Source: the human T2T-CHM13v2.0 reference genome, Homo sapiens
Assembly (NCBI RefSeq): GCF_009914755.1
Contig: NC_060948.1
Length of the DNA stretch: 64,000 nt
Direction: 5' to 3' (one strand)
The notes under the pieces were generated by a model. That model was not told the origin of the DNA, searched no databases, and saw nothing but the letters and a program-made list of their open reading frames with translations. Positions 27,276 through 42,335 of this stretch are shown piece after piece. Both the position numbers and the translations under genes were made by a program. Every line of letters starts with the position of its first letter. Position 1 is the stretch's first letter.

Positions 27276-29408
27276 TTTTATTTGGGAGTGTGCATGGGGT
27301 ACCTCTGAGTTTTAAAAATGAAGAAAGTAAGTAGTCATGCTTTCCTGACTCTTTGGTAGACATTGCCTTTTAAGACAGTCATTCTGAGCTGTTATGGTCT
27401 TAGGATTTTCTATACTACTAAAACTTATTGATGACATGTAACCAAGAACTTGAATTAAATTTTTTTTTAAAAGAAAAATCACCCAAATGCACATGAAAAA
27501 ACTCTTACAATATATGTGCACATTCATAGATAACATGTAGAACTTGATTTTGTGTATTAAAACCTTGTAGAAAAGTTCAGACAGTGCACACAATAACTGC
27601 AACTTGGTCTTCATAAAATCAGTGATATATATTTCAGATCTATCCACGTTGACCCAGTGAGGTATTTGATTTATTGTGTGATCTAATGATATGCCATGTG
27701 ATGACTGCAGCATATTTAATTATGCTCTCTTCATGCTGATACCATATGGACATAAATATGATGACATACCAGCATGGATATGCTTATGTGGTTGCTTTTA
27801 TTGATTTTTACTATATTAGAAATGAAACAGAAATATTGGAAATCCTAGCAAGCATAGCTGTATCTCTCCCATGGCTGTGTTGATTGCAACTGTTTCCCCC
27901 TTAAAGCATGTATTTTTGACATGTCATGACCCTGAGAAAATCCAGTGTGTGCTTTTCAGAGAATGACAGTAAGGAGAGGAAATGGCCAATGGTCAAAGTG
28001 TTACTTGTCCTCTTGGCTCCCCCTCATGAATGTTAAACTCTAAACTACTCAGGTCACAATTTAGAACCCCTTTGTTTATCCCTATAGAGTGTTCCCAGAT
28101 GTCAAATGACTAATAGGCCCTTGAAGAAAAAACACCCTGTAAAGCCGTATTGCTCTGGTTTTTGTGTTTGAATGTGTGTGTGTGTGTGTATTTTTTTCTC
28201 TTCTGAAAACTGTAAATAGAATAATTTTCATTACAAATGAAAATATTTCTGTTCCATATTTATTTCCTGTCTCATGGCACTCTGCTTTTCTCGGATCTAG
28301 TAAGGATGTCAGCGTGTCTTATTTATACCTGCAAAAAATTACATCATTCTTCATTTTTCATGTTAATTACTGACATGTTTTCAAGTCTTCACAAGTTATT
28401 TCTGAAGATGTTGGTGCATTGAGGAGAGGCAGTGCCACTGTAGTTAATGAAGTTTTTAAATAGAATATGTTCAATAACATTTCAGAGCCTGTTTCTCTGG
28501 AAGGCATAGACATAGTGGTTTTATGCGTAGTTAAACATAAAATAGCTCCACAAAGTCTTGTGTATGTGAAAGTGTTCATATCCTGGGAGATTCTAATTTA
28601 CTACTCAGCAGTGTCTCCTGGAGAGGAAAATAGGTGAGATAGGCTGCTGAGCCTATGCTAATAACTGATAATATGAGGTGAAAGCATAGAGACAAAATGA
28701 GAGATGATAGATACTGAAACCGATGTCAGTGAAAAACAGCTGTGAAAGAGTGTCTATGGGAGAGAGAAGGCCATGGGGCTGCTTTTGTGAAGAAGGAATT
28801 TGTACACGTTAGTCAAATGTCTGATATATTTAACATTTTAATAAAGCAAAACCTTATTTTCACATGTGTCAGAATGGGATTGTACAGATGTCACAATATA
28901 GTAGTGGTGAGAATAATGAAGAAATGAATGTGGAGGGCAAAGAATGAGGTCCACCAATATGGATATTAGATTTATGAATGAAAAAGAGCGTATGTCAAAT
29001 TAGGCAAAACAAAGAAAGCAGCTAGCTAGGTAATTTGGAGGTTTCTGATGAGGAGACTTGTGGGGAGTCACGTAATGGAAAGCGGAAGTTAGAAGGATGA
29101 GGGTGACCCCCAGGGTTTAATTTCTCCTCCCTAGAAGTTTTGCACATCAATGATGTGTGCTTCGTTCCCATCAGTTAGCATATTGGGATGCAGCTTAATA
29201 TGCATCCCAATATGCATATTGCAATATGCACAGGAAAAGTGTTTTGTTTTTTTTTCTTTAGGAAAGCTGTGTTTGCTGAGGTAGTTATTTCGTAAAAGGC
29301 CTGAGAGACCCCTATGGTATATTATATCAAACTAGCTTTAGAAACAAAGTAATAAAAGAATGTATATCTTGAGTACTAAAAAAAACTACCAATATTCTTG
29401 GCAATCAT

Positions 29409-29464
<56 letters not shown>

Positions 29465-30864
29465 TACACACATACACACATATGTATATATTTGGTTGGT
29501 TACTAATAAGAAAAGTCTTGGGATTTAGAGATTTTGTTTACCTTATTTACATGGGAATCTGATTATGCATGATTTCTTTGACATGTATGTTTTTGCAAAA
29601 GTGGAAAAAGAGATGGCAAAAGAGCTGAACTGCTGAATCTGGGAAATGTAGGAATATTAGGAGCCTTCATGAGTACAAAGAAAATGATTTTTTAAATTAT
29701 GACTCTAAATATAACTGAACTCACTTCAGATGCATTTAGAATATTTGCATAAAAGAGGATTTGATTTTGGCTGCTCCAGAAACTACTGGAAGAAGGAAAG
29801 AGTACTAGAACTCAGCTAAACCACAGTGACTCGTTACTTCTCTTCGTTACTTTTGGGAATCAGAGACATAGATTTTGTTGATATTAGTTATTCAAATGAA
29901 ATAAACATGAATGTGCATACATTGTCTTTGTTTTCCAAGGAGCTAACTTTTGGATACAATAGCAATTTAATGAAAATTATTTAGAGAATAACATGATAAT
30001 TAAAACCAGATGATTTTAGAAACAAGAATAATGTTGAATTCATTAATTGATTCATAAAATAGTTACTTTCAATGAATATTGGAGTCATTTCCAAATGTGA
30101 AAGCTTATTAATATCTAATGCTTGTAGCAGTTTTATTTTGTAGAAGTATGTCAATATTGATAAATGATGATACTTTTTATTGAGGTTTATATATTATACG
30201 TATTGCCGTGAGTGGATGAAAAAACTTTCAGAAGGCTGAACTAGAGAACACAAGAAACTTGGGCAATTATTACACCACATGGGTCTGAGAAATAATGAAT
30301 ACTCTCTACTAGGATTCACCAAACATATATCTAAGCTGATCAATTTAGGACACTTCCACTGAGGAGATGTGAAGTGTACATTCAGCTGAAGTGTCATCGT
30401 AATTGTGTGCCTTCTCAGTTATTGGGCAAGTTAAAGAGCATGATGAATGGTTGTAGTATAATGGTGTATTTCCTTCTCATCTCTTGCACTAAAGACATGT
30501 GAAAGCATGTACCACCTGCTTTGACATTGATTCCCAGGTGCATGAGTTGCTCCTCTGTTTTTAGACCACATTTGTTTTTATCCCTCCGCATATCCACATT
30601 GATACTGACACTGTTTCATTTTAGTTTTAGACATATGACAAATCATATCACATTTGAAATTGTAAGTGTATATTTCATGAAGCCTGTATTGGTGTTTTCT
30701 TCAGTGTATTTCTGTCATGTTCCAGTCTCAAGACACAAAGTATAAAACAAAAACCTAAACTAATAGGGGCAGGAGGATACAGCTTGATGGTAACAGTGCA
30801 TGAATGTATGGATAATTTTATCATATTTACATATGATTGATTATGTATCCCTTTTGCTTTTCAG

Positions 30865-30893
30865 TGTCTTCTCAGAAACAAGCAGCCTTGAAG
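30865..30893 (+). pseudogene. ANKRD36: ANKRD36-like exon 7 (29 bp)
   Basis: VSSQKQAALK; CAG/GTAATT. Confidence 0.93.
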
Positions 30894-30936
30894 GTAATTA
30901 CACATTCATTTCTGTTTTGAACTGTTAACTATATAG

Positions 30937-31080
<144 letters not shown>

Positions 31081-32742
31081 TAATGTCATGTTCACTCAGG
31101 ATAGAAGAGAACTTCTCTTCCTTGAATAAATCGCAGGGGGCTCATTGAATCTGCACATTCTGATTCAGGAGGCCTGAGATTCTGCTTTTGTAATAACTTC
31201 TTGGGTGACGCTGATGCAACTGGTCCTTGGCCATGATCTGTGTAGTAAGATTATATTCTTCCCCACAGTGAAACTGGCAAGAACGACTGGAGAGCAGTGC
31301 AAGATATAACAGGTTAAGGGACAGCATATTCTTGCTTTAATTCTACAGCATGTTTCCATCGTAAAGGGAAGGAGAAAGAGATTAAGTGATAAAAATTATA
31401 GGCATCAGATCATATTGTTAAAACCAGATGGAAGAAGTGATTGGAATAACCCATAAACAATGTAGAAAGAGAATTGAGACCTCTGATGTGGTAATTATTT
31501 TACTCAAGGAAGAGGGATTGAGCGGCAAGAAGGAGGGAAAAGAAGATGTTATTTATGTAATTTTGGGGTTTCTGCTGCAGAAACCTGATGGGACTCACTT
31601 CAGATGCATTTGGAATATTTGCATAAAAGAAGATTAGATTTTGGCTGCTCCAGGAACTACTGGAAGCAGGATAGAGTGTTAGAATTGTGGTGACCCACAG
31701 TGACTCATTACCCCTCTTTGTTACTATTGGGCATGAGAGATATATGTTTTGTTGGTATTAGCTATTCAAATAGGATAATCATGAATATGTATACATTGGC
31801 TTTGTTTTTCAAGGAACTAACTTTTGGATAAAATAGCAATTTAATGAAAATACTTTAGAGAATAACATGATCCTTCAAACCAGACTATTTTGGAAACAAA
31901 AATAATGTTGAATTCATTAACTGACTCCTAAAGTGGTTATTTTCAATGAATATCAGAGCAATTTCCAAATGGAAAAGCTTATTCATATTTAATGCTTTTA
32001 GTAACTTTATTTTGTATAAGTTTGCCAAATTTGATGGTTTATTATACTTTTTGATGAGGTTTATATATTATACCTTCTTGCCATGAATGGATGAAGAAAC
32101 TTTCTGAAGGCTAAACTAGAGGATTCAAGAAATGTAGGCACATTATGACACCACAGAGGTGTGAGAAATAAAGAATATTTTATACTAGGATTCACCAAAC
32201 ATATATTTAAGCTGATCAGTTCGGGACACTTCCACAGAGCACTTGGGAAGTGTACATTCAACTAAAGTGCCATTGTCATTGTGAACCTGCTCAATTGTCA
32301 GGCAAGTTTAAGAGCATGCTAAATATTTGTAGTATAATGATATAAATCCCTCTGATGTCTTACATGAAAAACATGCAGGAGCATTAATCACCTGCTTCGA
32401 CATTGATTCCCAAGTGTATGAGCTGCTGCTCTGATTTTAGATCACATTTGTCCTCATCACTCGGCATATCCACATTGATGTAGACACTGTTTTATTGTAG
32501 TAATTGACATATGAAGAATAATATCACATATGAAATTGGAAATGTTTGTTTCATGAAGACTATACTTCTGTTTTCTACATTGTAATTCTGTCATGTTCCT
32601 GTCCCAATACACAAAGTAGAAAACATCAAAGCCTACGCTAATTCAGGCAGGAGGATACAGCTTGATGGTAACACTGCATGAATGTATGGATAACTTTATC
32701 ATATTTACATATGAGTGATTATGTATCCCTTTTGGTTTTCAG

Positions 32743-32771
32743 TGTCTTCTCAGAAACAACCGGCCTTGAAG
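32743..32771 (+). pseudogene. ANKRD36: ANKRD36-like exon 9 (29 bp), donor lost
   Basis: VSSQKQPALK followed by AAG|ATATTA, versus AAG|GTAATT in the paralogous exon 7. Confidence 0.92.
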
Positions 32772-32864
32772 ATATTACACTCTCATTCATATTTTGAATT
32801 ATTAACTGTATAGTCTATGAAATATACTGTATGTATTGATTATTTTGTTTGAAATCCCATTCAG

Positions 32865-32937
32865 AATACAAGTGACCAGAAAGACTCTGTTTCGAACATA
32901 GCCACAGAAATAAAAAATGAACAAAAGTCCGGGACAG
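32865..32937 (+). pseudogene. ANKRD36: ANKRD36-like exon 10 (73 bp)
   Basis: NTSDQKDSVSNIATEIKNEQKSGT; CAG/GTAATT. Confidence 0.94.
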
Positions 32938-34244
32938 GTAATTTTGCAATACACATTTAATGTCATGTACACTCAAGATAGAGGAGAACTTCCCTTCCCT
33001 GAATAAATCAGCAGGGGGCTCATTGAAGCTGCACATTCTGATTCAGCGGGCCTGAGATTCTGCATTTGTAATAAGTTCTGGAGTGATGGTGCTTCTGCTG
33101 ATTTTTGGCCATCATCTGAGTAGTAAGATTATAGACTTCCCTGCATTGAAATTGGGAAGAAGAACCATTGGAGAGCAATTCAAGACATAACAGGCTGAGG
33201 GGACAGCATAATTTTGCTTTAATTCTACAGGATGTTTCCATCCAGAGGGGAAGGAGAACAAGATGAAGTACTAGAAATTATAGGCGCCAGATCACATTGC
33301 TAAAACCAGAGGGAAGAAGTGATCGTAATAAGCCATAAACACTACAGAATGAGAAGTAACGAGACCGCTGATGTAGTAATTATTTTCCTCAGGGAAGAGG
33401 GATTGTGAGGCAGGAAGAAGGGAAAAGAAGTTATTTATTTAATTTTAGGGTTTCTGCTGAGGAAACCTGAGGGAACTCACTTCAGATGCGTTTAGAATGT
33501 TTGCATGAAGGAAGATTTGATTTTGGCTGCTCCAGGGACTACTGGAAGCAGGATAGAGTGCTAGAATTGTGATAAACCACAGTCACCTGTTACCCCTCTT
33601 TGTTATTATTGGATATCAGAGATATATGTTTTGTTGTTATCAGTTAAATGAGATAAATGTAAATATGCATACACTGGCTTTGTTGTTCAGAGAGCTAACT
33701 TTTGGATAAAATATCAATTTAATGAAAATACTTTAGAGAATAACATGATCCTTCAAACCAGACTATTTTAGAAACAAAATAATGTTAAATTCTTTAATTG
33801 ACTCCTAAAGTATTTATTTTTAATGAATAGTGATTTCCCAATGCACAACCTTATTCATATCTAATGCTTGTAGCAACTTTATTTTGTGTAAGTATATCAA
33901 ATTTGATAATTTTTATTCATTTTGATTAGGTTTGTATATTATACCTTGTTCCCATGAGTGACTGACAAAACTTTCTGAAGGTTAAACCAGAAAATACAAA
34001 AGTGTAGACTCATTATTATACCACATGGGTATGAAAAATAATGAATACCATATAATAGGATTCACCAAACATAGATCCAAGGTGACCAATTCGGCACACT
34101 TCTACTGAGGAGCTTTGAAGTGTACATCATCTAAAGTGTAATTGTCATTGTGTACCTGCTCAATTGTCAGGCAAGTCAAAGAGCACGATGAATATTTGTA
34201 GTATAATGGTTTAAATCCTTCTGATGTCTTGTATGAAAGACATG

Positions 34245-34633
<389 letters not shown>

Positions 34634-34703
34634 GCTCTTTTATGTTTTTAATATTTTATAGGTTCCTATTGATTTAAAATGCATTTTACTTTTTGTTTAA
34701 TAG

Positions 34704-34734
34704 TGCTTCCTGCTGTTGAACAGTGTTTAAACAG
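34704..34734 (+). pseudogene. ANKRD36: ANKRD36-like exon 11 (31 bp), last ANKRD36 exon seen
   Basis: VLPAVEQCLNR; TAG/GTATGA. Confidence 0.9.
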
Positions 34735-37700
34735 GTATGATTTCATAGATTTTTTAAAGTGATATGTTAACTTAGTGAATAGAGAGAATAGAAACTAGTA
34801 TCCATTTAGTGTTCTACTCTGTGCTAGACACCATATTACATGCTTAATATTTATCATGTCATGTCATCTCCACACAGCTTTACAAACTATTTGTGCTATT
34901 ATTGCTTTTTCACTAATTAGGCAACTCTGCTTTAAAGAGGTTGAAATATTGGCTCATGATTCCACAGTTAACAGGTAGCCAACCCATGATTTGGCCATCA
35001 TCCTGCCTGGCTCTCTAATCACTTCATTTGCCCCTAAGCATAGATGGATACAGACCTATGCAGCAATGGGGCCACGGTACTGGTGTAACTCAGATCAATT
35101 TAGAAAGTCACATTTTGTTATATATTAACTCTCTTTAGAGTATTTCTTAGAAGCCTGGATACTCTAAAAGTTTGTCCAAATATTTTGGAAATGGCAGTGG
35201 TAACAACATTACATTTTTTTTAACCATCAAAATTTTAAAGGCAGGTATCAGTTACCTGTGGCCACAGGAACCTAAGATTTTCATAAGCAAGACCAGGCCA
35301 GTCCTAGAAAAAATATCGTCTTACTGTGCATGGAGATTATCTAAATATAGACCATGTTATGTTAACTATATTTAGCATATATTAAAAGGATATTTCTAAT
35401 TCATTTCTCTACTTACTGCCTACCCACTTAGGTTTTCTCTTTAAGTGAGTACACTGCCTAGTTCGCTGAAGATTTTTCTTATTCTCTGGATTCTTTTATT
35501 TCCTTCTATGACATTTTAATAATAGTTTCTTGATTGCTTTTTACTTCTCTTCTGCTTTTCTTATGATCTTCTATTATAGTTTTCGTGAACGGCAGCTAAA
35601 TATTTCTCATTTTCCTTTAGACAAAATCAGAGGTGCATAGAATTTGAGAATGTTAAGAAATCCTAGAGACTAAACAAAATACCCTCTAGTACTTGAATCC
35701 TTGCTTAACATCCTGATCAAGTGGTTGTTCAGGTGGAGAACCTGAAACTCAAAGAGAGAAAATTATTTGGATACAGTAAATCAGAGAAATGAGAATTGCA
35801 CTCAGGTTTCTTAGTTCAAAACCCAGTCTTCTTTTACATCATTCTGTCATTGAGTGATTTTAGTTTTAGAAAGAGGGAGTGGCTCTAGTGAACACAGTGG
35901 AAGAGGATGAGAATGGAATGAGCTGTTGAACCCAATGAAAGTGGATAAGAATGGAATTTCCAGGGGACAGCCAAATTTGAAGAGAAACAAACTCTTAGTT
36001 GGATAGAAATGAGGGTTTTAGGAAAAAATCTGAATATTTGGTTTAATGCAAGTTTGATAAAGATAAGGGAATTGAAAACACAAGATGTTGAGAGCTATCA
36101 AGAAAGACATATTAGAATACGGCATTCAAGGAGTTCTGAAGAGGTTGCTGCCTTTTTGTTTGTTTAACTGGAGGAACTGACAAACTTCAAGGTTTTATTG
36201 AAAAATGTTAAAAGAATTTGAGCCACTGGAAAGAGTCTCTGGAGCAGATAGGAATGTGGTATCGTTTTCTTCCATCCCAGCTTACAGAGAGCTTAGAATC
36301 CCTCAAGAACTAGGGAGCTGGACATTGCTTAAGTACATAGATCTGTGACCCAGGGTGGATGTCCCTTATTTTCTGACTCTTTTCTCAATGCTCTCATGTA
36401 CATGTAGGGTAGGGCAAATGTAGGATTGGCTGGCAAACCAGCAATGAAGCTTCATTTGGGTAGTTGGTAACATGTGTATGCTTGGGGTGGATGACTGAGA
36501 CTAACTTATTTTCCAGAAGCAGAGGAATAGAGAGCTCCTACTCTCCATTATGTTAGCCCATCTTTTGAGGAATCTGGGCTTTCCTAGGCTGAAGATGTAG
36601 ATTGGAGATTGCCATGGATACCTGCAGAAGAGTGATCCAGAAGTGGGAGCCCATAGGAAGGAAGATATTTAGATAGTGATGAATGAAATGGAGCTGTAAG
36701 TACTTAGGAGGGAGACTTTTCCAGCAGTCTCTCTCTTGGGTATCTGAGTGTCTATGAAGTGTCTTTATTCAGGGGATTAGGCATGTTTTTTTTAGAGAAA
36801 TTGTTTTTGTGATATTTCCTATCTGCTTTTGTCACTTTGCTTTTGTCTAAGTACATAATATTTATAATATTTATAAATTTATTATTTACACTTTAATACC
36901 AACATTTTTTATTTATTTTGTTTTATTAATAGGAGCTCTAATTCATATTTCATAGCCACCTTTGTATAGACAAAAGAACTGAAAATTAAAAAAATTTTCA
37001 AAGGTGAAGGAAAAATAAACTTTCTAGTTCATGGTAATTATTGTTTATACTACTTTGTATATTCTTGCCTGTTTTTCTCCATTTACTGTGATTGAACTTT
37101 TATCTTTTAAATCAAATAACATTGAATAACCACAGTATTGCAAGGCACTTTGGGATGGAACAGTTGAGTCTATTTTTATTTAGCTGTTAACCTCAGCAGA
37201 TTTATAATCTAGTAGAATGCAAAAATCCCCTTTTTGCGTGTCCTCAATACAAGTGGGAAGCACTTAGTAGGCACTTAATTATTTTATGTTGTGTGTGTGA
37301 ATGAAGGCTTCTGCCTTTAGAGGGCTTATCTGGTTTGGGATGAGATAAATTATGAACATTTTGAAAATTCAAAGAGAACAAGACAATAATTATGTCACAG
37401 TCCTAATTAAATGAGATTAATTATAGGAGGTGTTTGGTGGAGTACGTGATACGTATTCAGTATGCTAAAGTCCTTATTTTCTTGACTTTTTGCTGAACAT
37501 TAATCTAAGTCTCATAAAGTGTTAAAATATGTACATACAGAGGTTTTTTTGTTTTGTTTTTAAATAGAAAATAAATGCTCTTGGAATTCAGAGAAGGGAT
37601 TACTGTGGTGTGTGTAGGCTTAGACTAGGACATTGGTAGAATCTGAAAATGAAAGGGCATTTGGAGAGGTAGGAGAGAGAAGAGCATAAGCCAAGGCATG

Positions 37701-38622
37701 GAGATGGGAAAGTTCAGGTAGCATCTGAAGACTAATTGTCTACTTATTTTTTTAAAAATATAAAATTGTGAGTTTCGTTCTTTCCTTTGCCCACCCTCCT
37801 CCCCTCTGTTGCCCAGGCTAGAGTGCTGTGGCGTAGTCTCAGTTCATTGCAACCTCTGCCTCCCAAGTTCAAGCGATTCTTGTGCCTCAGCTTCCTGAGT
37901 AGCTGGGGCTACACTTTTGAGCCACCACACCTGGCTAATTTTTATATTTTTAGTAGAGACGGGTTTTCACCATGTTGCCCATGGCTGGACTCAAACTCTT
38001 GAGTTCAAGCAATCTGTCCATCTAGGCTTCTCAAAGTGCTGGGATTACAGGCCTGAGCCACTGCGCCCAGCCTAATTGTCTACTTTGATTGGAGCATAGG
38101 AAGTGTGAGTAGGAATGTGGAAGACAAAGCTAGATAGAGGGGATGGGAACAGATTGTCGATAGCCTTGTTCCATTGGGAAGAGTTTGGGCTTTATGTAGT
38201 TCCTTAAGATTTATGGATTCATAATTTATACAATAACGACTGAATGTTTTAAATATGAGAAGTGTTGCCTATTGAAGAATACTTCTTTAGAGATTATATA
38301 CCTATCAACAGATGATCATTTTGATTTAAAACATGTTAAAAACTCTTTTGGAGCTAACCATAAACAAAATCATACATTATAGAAGACTTATCATTTGCAA
38401 GTAATACTTTCTGAGAGCTCTGTAAATCCTCAGATTTTAAGATTAAGACATCTTTTTGTGGAATTCTTTATCTGAATTATATTTCCATTGAGAGTAATAC
38501 GTTATGTTTCTTACATGTGCGCATATTCTACAGGTTAATATCCTTTTCAACTTCAATGAAGGTTTTATTTCACTTGAATCCTTTTTGCTCAGGTTAGAGC
38601 GTTTGCTGAATTAGTTCAGTGA

Positions 38623-38934
<312 letters not shown>

Positions 38935-39086
38935 TAGTAGAGACAGGGTTTCGCTGTGTTAGCCAGGATGGTCTCGATCTCCTGACCTCGTGATCCACCC
39001 GCCTCGGCCTCCCAAAGTGCAGGGATTACAAGGTTGAGCCACCATGCCCAGCCTAGTTTTTTTTTTTCTTAAAGTGTTTAGAGTCA

Positions 39087-39272
<186 letters not shown>

Positions 39273-39487
39273 TTAGGCTAGACTCATGTATTTAGCCCCT
39301 AGATTGGGCCTCTAGCTTCTCCTTTGCCTTAACAAAGTATCTTCTGGGTAGCTCTCAAAACAGTGCTAACCATGAATGTTAAATCTATGAATGTCATACT
39401 GTCTCATACCATAAGTCTGCAGAATTCCTCCCTTGATTGATATCTTATTCTCTCTTTTTGTCTGCATATGTGTATATGTACATATAC

Positions 39488-39789
39488 AGTTATCCTTCGA
39501 TGTCTGTAGGGGATTGGTTCCAGGAACTCCCCCATCCAATACAAAAAACTGAATTCTCAAGTTCCAATTTTCTTATATAAGGTGGCATAGTATTTGCATA
39601 TAAACTATGCACACCCTCCCATATACTTTAAATCATCTCTAGATTGTTTATAATACTTAATGTAAATGCTGTGAAAATAATTGTTATACTGTATTTTTAA
39701 AATTTTGTGTTTATTGTTTATTGAATGTTTTTGATAGATGGTTGATTGAATCTGCAGATGTAGAACTCATGGATATGAATGGCTAACTG
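39488..39789. mobile_element. MER2 DNA transposon, followed by (TG)n
   Basis: CAGTTATCCTTCG..GGGGATTGGTTCCAGGA..GGATATGAATGGCTAACTG terminal inverted repeats. Confidence 0.85.
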
Positions 39790-39831
<42 letters not shown>

Positions 39832-41643
39832 AAAAAAGAAAAACAGAATTTCTAGCCCTTTGAGCAAACATAAGGAACATTTATAAAGAGTTGAAAGATA
39901 GGAAGATGTGCTGAGGGAATTTAACTGACTGATTCAAGTTCTGAGGTAGCCTTTGGGATCTCAAGAAACCTACTGATGTACATTTATTTATAAGCTGCCA
40001 TAAGGTGATAATGTGGGTGTAATTAATTTAGTGCTTTAAGTGAGAATTTGGGCAGTTGAGGGTTTTCTGTATACGAAATTCTGTGTTTGTAATCTTACAT
40101 TTAGGGATGGAGAGATTGCTTTTGAAAGAATATACCAGTATCTCCTATAGCATTTCAGAGGTAAAATGTTATCTAGAAGGATCACTTGAGCCCAGGAGTT
40201 CAAGGCTGTAGTGAATTATGATCATGCCACTGCACTCCTAACCTGGCAGCAAAGAGAGACCCTCATCTCTAAAAAACATAAAATGAAATTTATCTTTATT
40301 TTCAATATAATCCATAAGTGCACATCTTATCTTTTTTGAAATGTAACAATAGATAAAGAAATACAATGGTACAGTAATTTTATTTATTAGGAAAATTTCA
40401 GGAGACTCACTAGTTTGTTAAAATGTAAAACTAGGCCGGGTGCGGTGGCTCACGCCTGTAATCCCAGCACTTTGGGAGGCCAAGGCAGGGATATCACCTG
40501 AGGTCAGGAGTTTGAGACCAGCCTGGCCAACATGGTGAAACCCCCTCTCTACTAAAAATACAAAAATTAGCCAGATGCATTGGTGGGTGCTTGTAATCCC
40601 AGCTACTCTGGAGGCTGACATAGGAGAATTGCTTCAACCTGGGAGGCGGAGGTTACAGTGAGCCAAGATCGTGCCACCATATTCCAGCCTGGGCAACAGA
40701 GCGAGAGTGTCTCAAAAAAAAAAAGTAAAACTAGCTGTAGAATAAATACCAGATTAGAATACAGTTTTTAGGCTTGGTGCAGTGGCTTATGCATGTAGTT
40801 CCAGCACTTTGGGAGGTCAAGGTGAGAGGATTGCTTGAGGCTAGGAGTTCAAGACCAGCCTGGCAAAATAGCAAGACCCTGTCTCTACCAAAAAGGTTAA
40901 AATTAGCTGCATGTGGTTGTGTGTGCCTATAGTCCCAGCAACTTGGGAGGCTGAGGCAGGAGAATTGCTTGAGTTCAGGATTTCGAGGCTGTGGTGAGCT
41001 ATGATTGCACTCCAGCCTGGGCAACAGAGTGAGACCCTGTCTCAAATAAATAAACAAATAAATGAATAAGCAAGCAAGCAAGCAAGCAGTTTTTAAGTTG
41101 AACATCAGTTCTCTACTTGACTCCAGAGTTAAATAGGCATCCAGTTGCTTTTTGTGTTTACTTTTATATTCACTGCTTTTGCCTGCAGCAGTGTTTCTGT
41201 TTCTAAGTAAATATAACATATGCTACTGGTTACTCATATGTCTTAGGCAACATATGTTTCATTCACTGTATTGTTAGTTCTGTTTTGTTTTGTCACTGCT
41301 TTAGTCCCAGTACCAATAACTGTGCCAGGCACAAAGTAGGTGTTTAGTTAATATTGTTAAATGAACAAATACAAATATTTGATTTTATCACTTGAATCCT
41401 CATTTATTAGTACTGCACTATCTTTTCTTAGCTGTTTTTGTGAACATATGTGTACTGCTCTTTTATCCTAACTAGATTGGAAGTACATTGTGGGTAGAAA
41501 CTTGGTTTCATTTGTTTTTCCTATATTCTCCTTTACAGCAGTTTAGACCTGATGGGAAGTAGGTATTTCCCAAACATGTGATTGAATTGAAATACATTGG
41601 TAGATTTCATTTTATCAGGAGACTGCCAAAAGTATAGTCATAA

Positions 41644-41901
<258 letters not shown>

Positions 41902-42177
41902 TAAAGGTGCTTGACACCACACCTGACTACTTTTTTTTATATTTTTAGTAGAGATGGGGGTTTTACCATGTTGGCCAGGCCGGTTAAGAACTCCTGACCT
42001 CAAGTGATCCACCCGTCTTGGCCTCCCAAAGTGCTAGGATTACAGGCATAAGCCACTGTGCCTGGCCTCTGGGACTGTTCTTTTCCTTGCTCCTTAACAG
42101 ACTATTTCCTGCTTTTTGTTTTGTTTTGCTTTGTTTTTTTATTTTTGGCCTTCTAACTGTGTTGCAAATGGTTTAAG

Positions 42178-42335
42178 TCAGTGGTTCTCCAAGGGTGGTC
42201 TCAGATCAGCAGCATTATCACCTGGGTACTTACTAGAAATGCAAATTCTTGGGCCCCACTCCAGACCTACTGAATGAGCAACTCTGAGGGTAGAACCTAA
42301 AAAACTGTGTTTTAACAAGTCATCTGGGTGATTCT
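42178..42335. mobile_element. MER5A
   Basis: CAGTGGTTCTC..TAGAAATGCAAATTCTTGGGCCCCACTCCAGACCTACTGAAT. Confidence 0.85.

Noticed and set aside
25863-27363. ORFs of 60-123 aa with reverse-transcriptase-like text
   Set aside because: Fragments of a truncated, inverted L1 ORF2, not a gene or an active element
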